This document shows, piece after piece, positions 1 to 10,612 of a stretch of 64,000 nt of DNA (its first letter is position 1; every line of letters begins with the position of its first letter). A program made the translations under genes and the position numbers. The notes beneath the pieces were generated by a model. That model saw nothing but the letters and a program-made list of their open reading frames with translations. It ran no database searches and was not told the origin of the DNA. The DNA comes from Guillardia theta CCMP2712 (lineage: Eukaryota; Protista; Cryptophyta): positions 17,969-81,968 of the forward strand of contig NW_005434608.1 in assembly GCF_000315625.1 (NCBI RefSeq), read 5' to 3'.

Positions 1-2673
1 ATGAGCCTGACTACCTCTAGCTAGGGTGAGGATGGATCGAAGTTAGATAATAGCAAGACAATGCATCAAGTAATTGAAGGAGCCTGATGTGATCTTCCAG
101 TACTCTTGCCATGATAGTTGTGGATCCCTCCCACCAACCTTTGAACCTTTCCTCCCATCCCTCCTGCTCTTGGCATATCTTGTAGTTCCTGGACTTACTT
201 TCCTTCCAAAGATGTCCAACCTTGTCAGCTATGCGACGGTGAGGGAGCAGCAAAAGAACGCTTTCACTCGAGGTCCAGGGCTGGGGCGAACAGATAGGCC
301 ATCATCCAAAGCAGCGACTAGCCCCAGGAATCAAGCAAATCAAGCGGCAGTAACTTGATATGGAAGCCGTTGATGTCAGTCCGCTTGACAAGAATGCAGG
401 CGAGCAAGAGCAAGAAGCTCAAGTCGATGAGCGTGGACGAGATTATGAAGAAGTTGAGGCATCTCATCTCCATCATAGGAAAGACTGAGTGGAACAAGCA
501 CATCAGGTCTGCAAGTCACAATAGTGATTGTGTGTATGTGTGTGTATGTAATAGTGATTGTGTGTGTGTATGTAATAGTGCTTGTGTGTATGTGTGTATG
601 TAATAGTGATTTTTTGCATTTGTGTGTATGTAATAGTGATTGTGTGTATGTGTGTATGTAAGTATGTAATAGTGATTGTGTGTATGTGTGTATGTTGTAT
701 TGCGTTGTGAATTCACTTTTCTCTTCCTACTCTCACTGCTCTCCAGGTCATTTGATGCAGACAGGGATGGAATTATCACTTTTAACGAGCTCATGAAGTC
801 AATGAAATCTCCCTTGGTTCATAGAAACTTTAGCGTGAGCGAATCTGAGGTTGTCGGAGTGCGAGTGGTCGGAGTATCGCTCACGAGTTGTGATGCAGAT
901 GTTGATGTTCTGGAACGCCATGGAGAAGACTTTTGAAACGTCCAACGGAGTTGCTCTCAAGGACCTCAACGCTTTCGTTCAGAAGGATGAGATGGAGGCG
1001 TATGAAGCTCGGCGAGGAGCAGCTGGTAGATCTCCCCCCGGGGGGATGAAGGTTTTGAACCAGATGCCGGTGAGACTGCAAGGAGAGGTGGAAGATGAAA
1101 ATGATCGCCTACCGCAGATGCCCTTTGAAAGCGACAGCACGAGAGATCCGCCTCAAACCTCATCAACTTCCTCGAACATCGGAAATAACCAAGAAAATGG
1201 GTTGTCACGCATGAGCAAGTGCGCAACCTTTGATTCGGGTTGTGAAAGTAAGTTTCTTGTTTGATACAGGTACAAGTTGGACACGTTGCGGATAAAGTTT
1301 CGATCTGGGGCGTCGGAGATGAAAAGAGATGACTGGAAAGCTTTGTTGCAAGAGTGATGATTCCTCGGTTGTAGCCTCGCGGCTGATACATTCTGCAGCC
1401 ACGACAGAAACCTGGATGGAATCATTCAATTTCGTGAATTTGTCGCAAGTATTCGCGATCAGTCTACTGAGTTCTTGCACAGCTTGTCTTCGTGGACTGA
1501 CAGGTCGTTTTTCCCCGTTTGATATCGTCCGTGAAGTCTGAGAATGCCAATGGCAGAGAACTGGCGGAGATCTGGAGATGTGTGGACGTGAAAGGGGAGG
1601 GCGTTCTCAAGATTGAGGAGCTCCTCGACTTCTTCTTCTCTCAGGTCTCTTCATCTTCCCCGCAGCAAGAACAATTTCTCTCTCCTCTCGATCTTCCATC
1701 CCAGGAAGGTGGAGGCGGCAAGCCAATCCTTGTCGCGCCTGGAACTGTTTTGTCCTCTGCACAGTTTGAAGGAGAAGCGGCGGGGACGTTGGATCTGGGA
1801 GGAGATGCAAGTGCTCCCGTCATTGAGCGAAGAGAAGATCGAGCAGTGGAGTCCAAGAAATTCATTGAAGGGATCGAGAAGGAAACAAGCCTGTTGGAGG
1901 AAGAGCTGAGAATCAATCGCTCTGAAATCTCATGCCTGAAGCATTCGGAGGCGGTGAAAGTCCATCACTGGATTTCTCTTTTGCCTATTCCTTTCTCTGC
2001 ATTCTCCTCTCCTCATCCCTCCTCTCTCCCCGTTTCCCCCTCCTCGTTTCCCTCACCAATATCTCCTAGGTACTTATGATGTGCTTGCGGAGCCTATTGA
2101 CCCATGGCGAAGAAGCCAGTCCGCTCGACCAGCAACCCACAACCTCCCGCGAGGTCGCAGCGGTCGCAAGTCATTTGCAGGTGAGAAGAGATGGAGGGGA
2201 GAGCGGAGAAACGAGGACAGAGATGAATTCACCAAGAGAACGCGAGCAGGAGAAGAGGGAGAGGAGCAGACTGAGGGCAGGGGGTGAAGGAGATATTCAC
2301 GCTGACAGAAATCCAGCAGGAGAACAGTCGCCTTCACAACCAGTGTGTGGCTGCCAGGAGGGAACTTAGCATTCTCCGCCACCTCACAAAGAAAGCTCTG
2401 TCCTCCCGAGACTTGACCAGCGAGCAGGAGGAGGCGATGAAACTTGCCGGCCAGATAAGAGACGATGAAAGCTCCTCGACGAGGCAAGAGAGGGCGAGGG
2501 ACGCGCAGAGCGTCAAGGCGGTCACAGAGAGCATGTCAATCGCGTCTTCCCTAGGGCTTGACGGGAACCATCCAAGTCAGCAGGAAAGGAGCGAGACAAG
2601 TGTCACCCTCTTGCAGGCAAGTATTTCTACGTTGCCCTCGTTCTCCTTCCTGTCCTCCTCCTCCTCCTCCTCC

Positions 2674-2729
<56 letters not shown>

Positions 2730-5700
2730 TCAATCACCATCTCAATCATCATCTCAATCATCATCTCAATTCTCTCAATCATTTCAATCATCATCGTCAA
2801 AGCTCTTGCCCATCCCATCCATCTACGTGTACTCCTTTGCCTGCTCCTACTCATCTTTGCCCCACTTCCCTCCGATCATCCCATCCTTGCCCGGCTGGCT
2901 TGGCTTGGCGTGATCTCATGCAGGAGCATCTCCTGAGCACCAACGAGAAGCTGTGGGATATTGAGAAGCATGTCAACCAGCTCGAGGAGAAGCTCAGGGC
3001 CCAGCAGCTCTCCTCCTCCTACCTCAGCAGACCCCCCGATCTCTCTGACAGGATGCAGGGTGGCTGGAATCTCCCGGCTTATCCCCCCATCCTCGCCTAT
3101 CCTCCGCTTCTTCCTCCCACCGCGCTCAAGCAGGACGAGCTGCTCCAGCGCATCTCTGTTCTCGAGGCTCTGATCCAGAAGCATCTGAGCGGCAGGGGAG
3201 AGGCACAGGAGGGGAGCATGAAGGAGAAAGTCGCGCAGGCCCATCCTAGCACCGCCCGGACTCCTCCTCCTCCTCCTCCTCCTCCTCCTCCTCCTACTGT
3301 CCCCCCTACAGTTGCGGCTCAATTACCTGCTTCTGTGGATGAATATCCTCCTCCTTTCCCTCCTCGAAGTGGATATCCTTCTTTTCTCCCTCCTCCTGGT
3401 CAATCTTGGTCTTCCCCCAGCCCCCTCCCTCCCACTCAGTCTTCGATCTCTCCTGTTCTTCCTCCTGCTTCAGAAAGGAGCAGACGCGGGGACGAGCATC
3501 TGTCCATGTCGCAATCGTCGCCCAACTTGCTTGGGCCTCGAGATGGCAGGGAGGAGCCAAGGCAAAGCGAGCAAGTAAGAGCGCAGGGGCAAACAGTGCA
3601 GGCAGCCCAAAGACGGGAGGAAGAGCAACAAGTGCCAAGACTAGAAGCGAACGCAGAGAGATCAGGCGAGTCAAACTCTCTTCACCTTGTGCCCTGACAG
3701 GCAGAAGCAGAGCCGATTGTGTTGAGCTTTACACCAAAAGAAGAAGAGAATTTCAGTGCCACAGTCAAAGAGAGCGAGAGAGTCAGAGACGAAGGAGGCA
3801 GAGTCAACAGCAGCGAGAAGCACAATGAAAGCAAAGATGATGACACTTCAATCATGTCTGACAAGTCGGCGGTGGAGAGAAGTCTCCAAGCAAGGATAAA
3901 AACCTTCAGCAACTGGCCGTTTGTTGACAAGGTGAGATGAGGGGGAGGGGCTTGACATTGTCCTGCCCGACCCTCGTACTGACTTGCCGAGACCTGACTG
4001 ACTTGCTGGTCAACAGCTGGGCTATCCCTCCGTTGAGCAGCTCGCTGTGGCAGGATTCGTGTACAACCCGACAAAAGATGCGAGAGATGGCACAACCTGC
4101 GTTGAGGTCCGCCGATGCTCTCACAGATCCGCTATCCTCCTTGCTCGTCACTGTCTCCTCCTCCTTGCTCTCTCCCTCGCCCCTTCACCTTTCGTCCCCC
4201 CTCTCGCTGCCTTGCATCCAGCTCCTCCCTCGCATGCTTGTAGATAGATCCCTTGCTCACTTCTCTTATCCTCCCTATTCCTCATCCCTCTCTTTACTCT
4301 CTCATCTCCCCCTGTTGTATCTTATCACTCCGCCTCCTTTCTCCTTTAATCTTTGCTCAACCTTTCTTTCCTGCAGTGCAAGGCTCAACTTGCTACGTGG
4401 GAGGGAGTGCGCGATCCCATTGCTGTCCACGCTCTCATCTCTCCAGCTGTCAGGATCTTATCTTGTCTTCCATTGCTTCCTCCCTCTCTTTCCTGCTGTT
4501 CAACGGATCTCTTCTGCCTCTTCTCTGCTTTGCTTTCTTACCTCCTCCCAGTCCCTCTCATCTTCTCTTAACTCATTTACTTCCAGTGCTCCTACGTGCG
4601 AGAACTCGCAGTACCTCCTGGCTTGCACGAGACTTCTCGCGATCGATTCTCGGAGGCCGCAGAATCAAGCCCTGTCTTGGAGCAAGAGGCACAGGTACCA
4701 CAGACTCCTCGAAGGCAGGCCAACGAGGAGGAGGAGGAAGGCAGAGCAGCCTCGTCAGATCCCGTGCGAGAGAAGACGAGAAGAGAGGAGATAGGGGAAG
4801 AGGAGAAGCAGGAGGGGGAGAGGGAGAAGGCCTCCCGTGGTCTTGCGCTATCACCTGGCTCGCTCGCCCTCCAGCAGTCAAGGTGTCGACCAGACGTTGA
4901 GATGTGAGAGATGACGAGGCGGCAGAAACCTCGTGGAAGCTCTCAAGGAGGACGAGACACATCTCGTTGACACAGCGAAACATGTCGATGCTGGTCCAAG
5001 ACGCGTTTCCAGTCACTCAGACTTTCATGATGTCAGGGTAAGCCGAGCTGATTTCTTCCTCATCTGTCTAAAGTGCTTCTTCTCTCTCAATGGTCATCTC
5101 ATCTCATCTCATCTCATCTCATCTCATCTCATCTTATCTCCTCTCCTCTCCTCTCTTCTCCTCTTCTCGTCTCCTGTACTCTCACATCTCATCTCATCTC
5201 ACTCTCCTCTCATCTCATCTCGTCTCATCTCATCTCATCTCCTCTCCTCTCCTTTCATCGCATCTCATCTCATCTCCTCTTCTTTCATCTCATCTCATCT
5301 CCTCTCCTCTCCTCTCCTCTCCTCTCCTCTCCTCTCCTTTCATCTCCTCTCCTTTCATCTCATCTCATCTCATCTCATCTCATCTCATCTCATCTCCTCT
5401 CCCCTCCTCTCCTCTCCTCTCCTCTCCTCTCACATCTCATCTTCTCTCCTTTCATCTCCTCTCCTCTCATCTCCTCTCATCTCATCTCGTCTCATCTCCT
5501 CTCCTTTCATCTCATCTCATCTCGACTCCTCTCCTCTCCTCTCATCTTACATCTCCTCTCATCTCATCTCTCTCCTTTCATCTCCTCTCATCTCATCTCT
5601 CTCCTTTCATCTCATCTCATCTCCTCTCCTTTCATCCCATATCATCTCATCTTCTCTCCTTTCATCTCATATCATTTCATCTCCTCTCCTTTCATCTCAT

Positions 5701-7049
5701 CTCCTCTCCTTTCATCTCATCTCATATCATATCATCTCCTCTCCTCTCCTCTCCTCTCCTCTCCTCTTATCCCCTCCTCTCCTCTCCTTTCATCTCCTCT
5801 CCTCTCATCTCCTCTCATCTCTCATCTCATCTCGTCTCATCTCATCTCATCTCGACTCATCCTCTCCTCTCTTTTCATCTCATCTCCTTTCATCTCATCT
5901 CATCTCCTCTCCTTTCTCAATACTCTCCTCTTTTTTGGTGCTCTCGATTTCATTTCCTTCTATTTCTTCTCCTCTCTTTCTTTATTTTTTTTCTCATTTG
6001 TTTGCTCAATCTTCTTTGCCATTTTCTTCTGATTGTTTTCGTGTCCCTCGTTCGTCAATTTGCAGCCGCGAGCACCTTCGGCACTAACAGCTGAGGCAAC
6101 AAGCGGTGCTCATGACGGCGACGAGAAGTTTGTCCCTCCCAAGTTGAAGCATGCAGCCTCTGTGAACGACTTCGGTTTGCGAGCTCGGGCAAAAGAGGAG
6201 GACCAGGACGCCTTTTCTCCTCGCAGCGCCACCATCGAGCGATCGAGAAGTCTCATCCTGCAGATGGCCAAGGTCGAAGGCTCCTCCACCCCCCAACCTG
6301 ATCCGATCCTTTCAGCAGGAGGCACAGGAACCCCCCCGCTCGCCTCGTAGACTGAGCCCAGAGGTGACTTGCAAGTGAAGCAAGAGCGAGGAGGGAGGGA
6401 GGGCGCGACTGAGAGAAGCAGGGAAGCAGGGGAGCAGGGAGCGAGGGTACATAGACGAGGACGATGATTCCTGATGACATTGGTCGCTAAGCTCGCTGGA
6501 CCTCAGGGCTCAAGGAGGCTCAAGCGGATAAGCAAGGAAGGCAGCAGGAAGGGTTTCGAACAGCCGCAAACATCCCTGGGGATCGTGGTGAGACCTGAAG
6601 GCCAGCTGGTGATGCAGTTGGAGTGACAGACTGGTCAAGGTTGGGGACATGCAGGGCTCCATGCGCCGGCACCTCATCGTGGAGAAGCTGGAGCGAGACT
6701 CGCCGGCATGGCTCAACGGAAAGATCAAGGCAGTCTCGCTCAAGCTCCCGCCGTGTTTGAATCGCATGCAGGTTGGCGACAAGATTATCGCGATCCTCTC
6801 AGCCGAGATGAAGAGCCCGATCCACGTGCGAGAGGACATGGACGTAGCGCATGTGCAGCAGGTCATGCCGCCCTTGTCCTTTCCCTTCTTACCTGAAGTC
6901 CAGGTGCTGGATGAGGGCCCGTCAAATTCCGAAGGTGAGCGACTCTTCTGCTCGTGCGCGTGCTCAATTCTGTTGCAGTGGAGTTGGAGATGAAGACCAA
7001 GTTTCTCGGAATGAGCAAAACCTACTTTGTCTCTCTCATACGCAGCTGA
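1..7049 (+). CDS. Multi-exon protein with EF-hand motifs, coiled-coil, proline-rich region, BIR zinc-binding domain and C-terminal PDZ-like domain (5' end may be outside the window; may be more than one gene)
   Basis: EF-hand-like SFDADRDGIITFNEL (~748-792) and VDVKGEGVLKIEEL (~1582-1623). BIR rebuilt from four exons: ARIKTFSNWP / LAVAGFVY...CVE / CKAQLATWEGVRDPIAVHALISPA / CSYV = C-x2-C-x16-H-x6-C. PDZ-like LIVEKLERDSPAWLNGKIK|VGDKIIAI (~6673-6798). Stop TGA at 7047-7049. Confidence 0.6.
520..693. repeat. Intronic TG-rich degenerate tandem repeat with recurring TAATAGTG
   Basis: (TG/TA)n runs interrupted about six times by (T)AATAGTG; lies between a GT donor (~507) and an AG acceptor (~746). 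Confidence 0.85.
2654..2795. repeat. (TCC)n/(TCA)n microsatellite, probably intronic
   Basis: Directly visible; source of the poly-Ser, poly-His and poly-Met ORFs. Confidence 0.85.
5097..5910. repeat. ~0.8-kb pentamer satellite (TCATC/TCCTC)n inside an intron
   Basis: Directly visible; bounded by donor GTAAG (~5038) and acceptor TGCAG (~6065). Confidence 0.92.
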
Positions 7050-7503
7050 GCAGCGAGAGAGGTTGTGAGATGTGATATCACACTTGAGATGTGACATCAC
7101 ACTTGAAGCTGCTCCACAACAAGTTGCCTCCTCAACGACAGGATTGAAGCTCAATGAGAACAGGAACTATGTTGACTGAAGCTACGTTTTTCATAGCTCA
7201 AAGACAAGCCTTTTTGAGAGCCGGACTTTGTTAGTTTGCGATATCAGATTATATGCACAAGTATCAAATACATACAGCAAAAACAATACAAACCACGAAC
7301 ACGATGATCATGACACATATGTTGAAGTCTGCCTCAAAACATTCATCTTGACATCCTTGTTAGGGTTTCAACAAAGTAAAGTTCCTTAATTTCAGGACGA
7401 TTCACTCTCCTTCTCTTCTCTACTTTACTCATCTCATCCTCGAGCAGAGCAGTTTGATTGTCTTACATTCATTGTCATATAATCTTCAGCTTCTGTACAT
7501 ATC

Positions 7504-7930
7504 AACGCTCTCCCCCCCTCATGAGTCTCCATGTGTCAGCATTCGAAACCTGGATTCAAACGACACAAGGAAGATGAAGCAGGCCAACAGCAGCACGCAG
7601 AACGAGCACATCACTTTCGACCAGCCCGAGCACTCGCACCAGCACCTCCGCCCTTGCAGCTCCCCTAGCACATCTGCCTCCTCCTTCTCCATGGAGGGGC
7701 TCTGGTGTCGGGGTAAGACGCAGATGAAAGGCTCAACCTGCAGGGTAAAGTCCGGGGGCACAACCACTACAAGCTGATCACAGTCACACCCCTGATGAGA
7801 CAAGCTCCTTCCTATCTGAACTCCACCCTCCAGCTTGTGAGGCCGGAGTCCCGGGTCGCTCGTCGACGCTGAGAGAATGTTGGGTGTATGCGCTATCTCC
7901 GTCACTTCATGCAAGTCCGCAGGCAGTTCC
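7504..7930. repeat. Copy 1 of a 427-bp direct repeat (copy 2 at 9834-10260)
   Basis: Runs AACGCTCTCCCCCCC...AGGCAGTTCC in both copies, offset 2330 bp. Only one substitution seen (TTCATGC vs TTCGTGC). Confidence 0.95.
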
Positions 7931-8163
7931 ATCTGAGGATGTACAGCAACAGACACTACCGCGCAGGAAGTCATGATTACCCTGCTCATGACGACGATTG
8001 AGGGACAGCACAAATTGTACGGGAATGAAACTGCTCTGACAAGTTGATATGCCGCAGAAACAGTTCTTGCACAAACAGTTCTTACGAGAGCTTTCGGGGA
8101 AATCAGATGCTGTGGAGGCGTGGATGAGAGCGTTGAGCAGACAGATAAGCGTCGTGTTCCCAA
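7519..8163 (-). CDS. Chimeric/paralogous ORF sharing its C-terminal ~137 codons with 9849-10286 (hypothetical, C-terminal TM segment)
   Basis: Translations are identical from ELPADLHEV to the stop; the 5' part differs and the start is uncertain. Confidence 0.4.
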   Translation of the reverse strand: MGTRRLSVCSTLSSTPPQHLISPKALVRTVCARTVSAAYQLVRAVSFPYNLCCPSIVVMSRVIMTSCAVVSVAVHPQMELPADLHEVTEIAHTPNILSASTSDPGLRPHKLEGGVQIGRSLSHQGCDCDQLVVVVPPDFTLQVEPFICVLPRHQSPSMEKEEADVLGELQGRRCWCECSGWSKVMCSFCVLLLACFIFLVSFESRFRMLTHGDS

Positions 8164-8642
8164 TCACCGCACCATTGCATTCCTCTGGTTCGAACTGCTT
8201 AGAGCGTTGGGGGAAATGGAGGGGGTGGTAGAATTGAGGAATCTTGAAAGGGGGGGGTAGGTAGCAAAAGTGACCAGCAGGGTACCTTTATTGCAGGCTA
8301 CCCACTAGGGAGAAATCGTATATTGTGGGTATTGGTGGTGGGTACGTGGCATGGTCCCTTCCCTGCAGGTGGTGGGGTACATTGTCAAGCATGGGTGCTA
8401 CATCCAAGCAGGTAGTAGTAGGGTATTCTTTACTACAGAAACTTTTACTACAACAGCACGAGGAGATACAATAATAATGAACATGGAGAAGCCGTGTTGT
8501 AAATACTGAGGGGTGGTGATCTTAGAAGACAGGGGTGGGGTACAGATGACTTCCAGATAGGCATTCCGACTGGTTCCGACAGACTCTCTACCACCCTACC
8601 TACCTTTTCGGTCAAAGTGAGGGTGGGGTCCCAGACGGGAGC

Positions 8643-9805
8643 ATGCCGAAACCGACAGGAAGCAAGATGGCTCCTGCAAATGACAAGAAAAGCAAGTGAT
8701 GTAAGCTCTCAGGCTTTTGAGGGAACGGATGATAAGGCGATTCCGCAGAGAATGAGTACAAGACAGGACACAAGAGATCCTGGATAGTCTAGTTGTGTCG
8801 GAAGCTCAGGTCGCCATGCACATACTGCTTTTGGCCAATTCTGCAGGTGCTTGTCTGACCATAGCAAAGCACAGCCCTGAGCGAGCTCAACTCAGAAAGG
8901 ACTTACGCTTGGTAAGGTTTAACACTCGTCGGTAAGGCTAGCCTTGATTATCAATCAAGTCGACAGTTGGAATCTAAATGGATGTACGTCACAATTGCCG
9001 GATCCTCGGTTGTCGACGGAGCCTACTGAGTACAATCGACTTCCCTCGCTCCTGGTAGGATGAGGAGCAAAAGCTTGTCGTGAGAAACGAGAGCTCGCAC
9101 GAGACACGCGACTGCTTGCAAAGCATACAGCACATAATTGGATTAGTGTCAATATGATCTAATCTTTAAGGGTTTCTATTCTCCTCATTCGTTTACCAAG
9201 CTGGTCTAGTATCGCCAGTCAGATACAAACCCCTTGGTCTTCCAGCAACGGTACTCTGAGCTTTGGTCGAGTTAATATCGACAACTCGAGAATCTTGGCG
9301 GAATGACACGAAATTTAGCAATGGAATTTGTGCTGCAGTGAACCTTGTTTCCCTTGTCCTGCTTTTCCTTCCCTCTGCTCGTGGCCTGACAGTGTTCCAT
9401 TTGGTAGATTGAAATGTAATGCCAAAATCGAAATATCTTTGTGAAAATTCGGATGGAAAACATCTTTGGCGATTGTAGCCGAGCCCCTACGATTTCACAA
9501 CAATTGCCACAACAATCGAGCCGATTGTCGCCTATGAAAAACACATACTCCGCTGGCTCTCATAGATAGTGTTGTAAATGACGTGAATAAATGTGTGGGT
9601 CCGGTGTATCACAAAATGAATACAGGTATCGAACATCTGATTGGGTACAAAGAAACCGACAGACATTGTTTTCATGCAGGACTTGGAACGAGGACATGCA
9701 AGCGAAAACAAGAAGGCCGATGAAGAGAAACGAATTTGCAAAGAACGAATTGGGCAACATGAACAACACAAGTCCAAGAACTTATACAGGTCTTTTATTA
9801 ATTGA
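8643..9805 (+). CDS. Possible multi-exon hypothetical protein
   Basis: ATG just after a motif-rich upstream block; putative last exon after an AG at ~9679 reads DLERGHASENKKADEEKRICKERIGQHEQHKSKNLYRSFIN*. No family recognised. Confidence 0.25.
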
Positions 9806-9833
9806 CATCCGCTGTACAACCATCTATGCCCTT

Positions 9834-10260
9834 AACGCTCTCCCCCCCTCATGAGTCTCCATGTGTCAGCATTCGAAACCTGGATTCAAACGACACAAGG
9901 AAGATGAAGCAGGCCAACAGCAGCACGCAGAACGAGCACATCACTTTCGACCAGCCCGAGCACTCGCACCAGCACCTCCGCCCTTGCAGCTCCCCTAGCA
10001 CATCTGCCTCCTCCTTCTCCATGGAGGGGCTCTGGTGTCGGGGTAAGACGCAGATGAAAGGCTCAACCTGCAGGGTAAAGTCCGGGGGCACAACCACTAC
10101 AAGCTGATCACAGTCACACCCCTGATGAGACAAGCTCCTTCCTATCTGAACTCCACCCTCCAGCTTGTGAGGCCGGAGTCCCGGGTCGCTCGTCGACGCT
10201 GAGAGAATGTTGGGTGTATGCGCTATCTCCGTCACTTCGTGCAAGTCCGCAGGCAGTTCC
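9834..10260. repeat. Copy 2 of the 427-bp direct repeat
   Basis: See copy 1. Confidence 0.95.
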
Positions 10261-10286
10261 TGGTGGGCTGAGGACCGCAGCTGCAT
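9849..10286 (-). CDS. Small 145-aa hypothetical protein, Cys-rich with a hydrophobic C-terminal helix
   Basis: ATG-started ORF; RRCWCECSGWSKVMCSFCVLLLACFIFLVSF near the C-terminus; divergent from the peptidase gene. Confidence 0.55.
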   Translation of the reverse strand: MQLRSSAHQELPADLHEVTEIAHTPNILSASTSDPGLRPHKLEGGVQIGRSLSHQGCDCDQLVVVVPPDFTLQVEPFICVLPRHQSPSMEKEEADVLGELQGRRCWCECSGWSKVMCSFCVLLLACFIFLVSFESRFRMLTHGDS

Positions 10287-10612
10287 AATCAGAATATGTC
10301 TCTGCTTGCGCTGCTTGCCATGACTGCGCTACTCCCGGCGGCCGTGCGGGTATCCCTGCAGGGATCCCTGGGTTATTTTAAAGGAAAAAAAAAGATTGAG
10401 TCATGGTCGTTGCGAAAAAGAGCTTTTTCGATAGTTGCGATTACATCTTTACTTAACAAAACTGAGCAGAGCAACCCCCGCCTCAGCCTGTGCAGTCACA
10501 AAACTAAAATTTACTCACTATCACACTACGAGCTAGCCTCATTAGCGAGGCCTAGGAAGAGGTGAGGGCAGCATGAAATTGCTCTTGATGTCATTCTGCC
10601 AGGATCAACTCC

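Noticed and set aside
2558-2900. Poly-His metal-binding protein, or poly-Ser/poly-Met ORFs
   Set aside because: Come from a (TCA)n microsatellite following a GCAAGT donor-like site; most likely intronic.
4933-6094. Three long Ser/Leu/His-rich ORFs
   Set aside because: Translations of a stop-free pentamer satellite inside an intron.
8180-8210. tRNA gene at GGTTCGAAC
   Set aside because: No A-box, acceptor stem or cloverleaf could be built around it.
7504-10260. 427-bp direct repeats as LTRs of a retroelement
   Set aside because: No TG...CA ends, PBS, external PPT, target duplication or gag/pol remnants; the repeat coincides with a coding ORF.
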